Source: Amphiscolops sp. MND2022 (taxonomy: Eukaryota). Taken from it: a stretch of 64,000 nt of DNA. A program made the position numbers and the translations under genes. The stretch's first letter is position 1; each line of letters opens with the position of its first letter. The notes under the pieces were generated by a model, which worked only from the letters and a program-made list of their open reading frames with translations, ran no database searches and was not told the origin of the DNA. The stretch lies in NCBI GenBank assembly GCA_964187785.1, contig OZ076414.1, forward strand, positions 46,686,001-46,750,000. Reading direction: 5' to 3'. Positions 61,873-64,000 of this stretch are shown piece after piece.

Positions 61873-63355
61873 TTTGACTTTTGGGCTTTGGTCAGTCTGC
61901 TGGTTTTCTTCAGTATCTTCCAGTGAAAAATAAGAGACAATTTGGAGATTTCCAAGATTTTTTTGACTGGAATTAGAAGTGAAACAACAAATGTTTTGCA
62001 AACTTAGCTCCTTCACCGTATTTATACTTATCACCAGCAAACTTGAGGGAACCAGGCAGACAACCTTCACGCTTCGTTCAGTCCTGCGTCCATCCAAAGC
62101 AGGGAAACCGGAAGTTCAGTTCAGCTTTGTCGAATTGAGACTCTCAGTTTGTTCATAGTTTCCGGTAAAGAAAGCGTCAACTTCGTGTCTGAGTTGCGAC
62201 TCCGCTTCCCTTCGGCTCCAATTCCCGCCTTTCCAAGACGCCGAAGCTGAATTCAGCAATGAAAAGAGGAAATTAGTCAACAACAGTGCCTAAAGGACAG
62301 ATAAACGGAACAAAACATTGACACTCGAATTGTGGAAAATAGATCTTGTGGAAAATACTGCGCAAAAGGAATGATGGTGTGAAATACAACAGTATATTGG
62401 TCTTTAAATTCACTCACAGAACATTGGTAGCGTAATTTGATTGCAAGATAAAAATCCCAGACCAAGGCCATAGTTCAAGATTTTCAAAAGTTCATACAGA
62501 GTTTACATGAAAACATGGTTAAGCAACAGCAACTGGTATATTACGTGGAAGTATATCGCATTAAAAAAACTGTTTAGCACATTGGCTAGCTTCTTTGGCT
62601 AGTAGATCAACCAGGGCAAATCTGACAACACGTTAATATTCATTGAGTTACATTGAGGAAAAGAACCTCGGGCCCAGACCACTGGCTGGGACGTTTAATT
62701 GAAAAACATTTATTTGACAGAATTGTATTGCAAATTACACGTAATCAATTGTAGCCGCTTCATTGACAGCAATCTTGGAAAATGTTTCCATTAACTGTAT
62801 GATTTCAGACTTTATTAGCGCAATCCATATTTCTAACAGATTTCACTATCCCTTTGGCCTGGGACACGTCCCGGGTCAAATTACTTGTTAATCATAATTT
62901 TAAAACATTTTCAGCTTTAATCACTCATTACATGTATTGCATCATTCTAAGCCATCGTTTTAATTTCTCAAGTTTATATGTACGAAGCATTAACTTGTTT
63001 AGCATTGAATTAGAGTGAACAAATATTCTGAGCTGAGGCCGCGCGTCAGGTCGGCGTCCCGCTCCATTCATTTGAGGTCAGCTGCCACGCCGCGGTGCTG
63101 TAATTCTATTTCTGGGGTCGTTCGCCAGGCCGTGAGTTACTATTTTTATATTACCGGATTAAATACTATCTACTGCGCGGTGGTTTCACGTTGGTTATTG
63201 TACAGTACATATGTGTTTGTATTAGTATACATATATTATTATGAATCTCTATTTGATTATTCTAGCGCCATTAATTTAAGTTGTTAATGAGATTGTATGT
63301 CAGTTGATTTTGGCGTTGTCTCTTCGATTGTTCTTTCTTTCCACTTGCCGCTTTC
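61516..63355 (-). repeat. E2 5' LTR, interrupted by a ~930-bp insertion and truncated by a HINE-like copy
   Basis: 61516-62064 and 62995-63355 align with the 3' LTR; homology stops where the HINE-like sequence begins. Confidence 0.85.
62065..62991. mobile_element. Unclassified insertion in the E2 5' LTR
   Basis: Absent from the 3' LTR; AAC on both flanks; weak subterminal inverted repeat GCTTCGT/ACGAAGC. Confidence 0.6.
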
Positions 63356-63652
63356 TTTTAAAAAACCAGAAGGGTCCCCTCTTCATCGTTTTTGAGCGCT
63401 GTGAGTTTTTTTCGAAAAGTTTTCTGATCCAATGGACTGATGAGTTTTCGCAAAGATTGTGGAAAAGATCTACGGTTTTTTGACGTTTCAACTTAGCGAA
63501 AAGCGGTGTTCGAGTCTTAATCGTATCCCTTCCGGTATTTTTCGGCACTGGTAAACTTCCGACAAAAGTGGCCCTTGCTTATTTTTGTATGCTCCAAAAA
63601 ATTTACTCTTTTGATCTTTCAGCGGGGCGTCGGGTTGGTCCAGTCCCGGCCT
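63356..63652 (+). mobile_element. 5'-truncated, diverged HINE-like copy
   Basis: AAGGGTCCCC subrepeat and 3' end GGCGTCGGGTTGGTCCAGTCCCGGCC, resembling GGCGCCGACTTGGGCCGTTCCCGGC. Confidence 0.6.
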
Positions 63653-64000
63653 ATTAAAAGTTTAGACCGGTTTCCATCAGTCAAGAGAATCTAATCCTGA
63701 TATTTGAAGCAGTTTCTTTCATTACCAAAACACTCAACTTTTCTCTCTGACCGCTAATTTCAAACTAATAAAAACTCACATTTTGCAAGCATCGAATAAT
63801 TCTTATAACCCTGCAATCCTCACTTGCCTTCCTTCTGTGTCAATTCTCCTTATACTATTTACTTTGTTCTGGAATCAATGATAGAATGTCATTTGTACTG
63901 CCACATCCCGAAGGTAAATTGATCTCTTCTTCTTCACTATTTAATACTTGTTGTAATAAACCTATAAAACAGCCTCGGTTGTTTAGAACAGAATAAAATA

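Larger units (their letters stand above)
50012..63355 (-). mobile_element. Giant Ty3/gypsy LTR retrotransposon E2 (degenerate, divergent relative of E1)
   Basis: LTR homology between 50012-50850 and 61516-63355; gag-pol on the - strand; antisense gene on +; same architecture as E1. Confidence 0.9.

Overview
This is a eukaryotic, probably invertebrate, AT-rich window made almost entirely of nested, decayed transposable elements. I found no convincing host gene, prokaryotic operon or CRISPR array. It is dominated by two divergent giant Ty3/gypsy LTR retrotransposons: E1 (<1-15277, +) and E2 (50012-~63350, -). Both have LTRs over 1 kb that encode the Gag N-terminus, a conserved A-AAA-AAC -1 frameshift site, and a complete but pseudogenised gag-pol. 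Each also carries a homologous, spliced multi-exon gene (~1000+ aa) on the antisense strand, with short GT-AG introns, symmetric phase-1 exons and a C2H2/BED-like zinc finger. An LTR-like segment at ~29.2-30.4 kb holds six ACGACT-N9-AGTCGT dyads, and a related dyad sits at the same distance from the Gag ATG in E1's LTR. The rest comprises three CR1/L2-type LINEs, two RLE (CRE/NeSL-like) LINE remnants, BEL/Pao, copia and further gypsy remnants, four copies of a Helentron/HINE-like element, a MITE and tRNA-like heads. All alignments were done by eye, and boundaries marked ~ are approximate.
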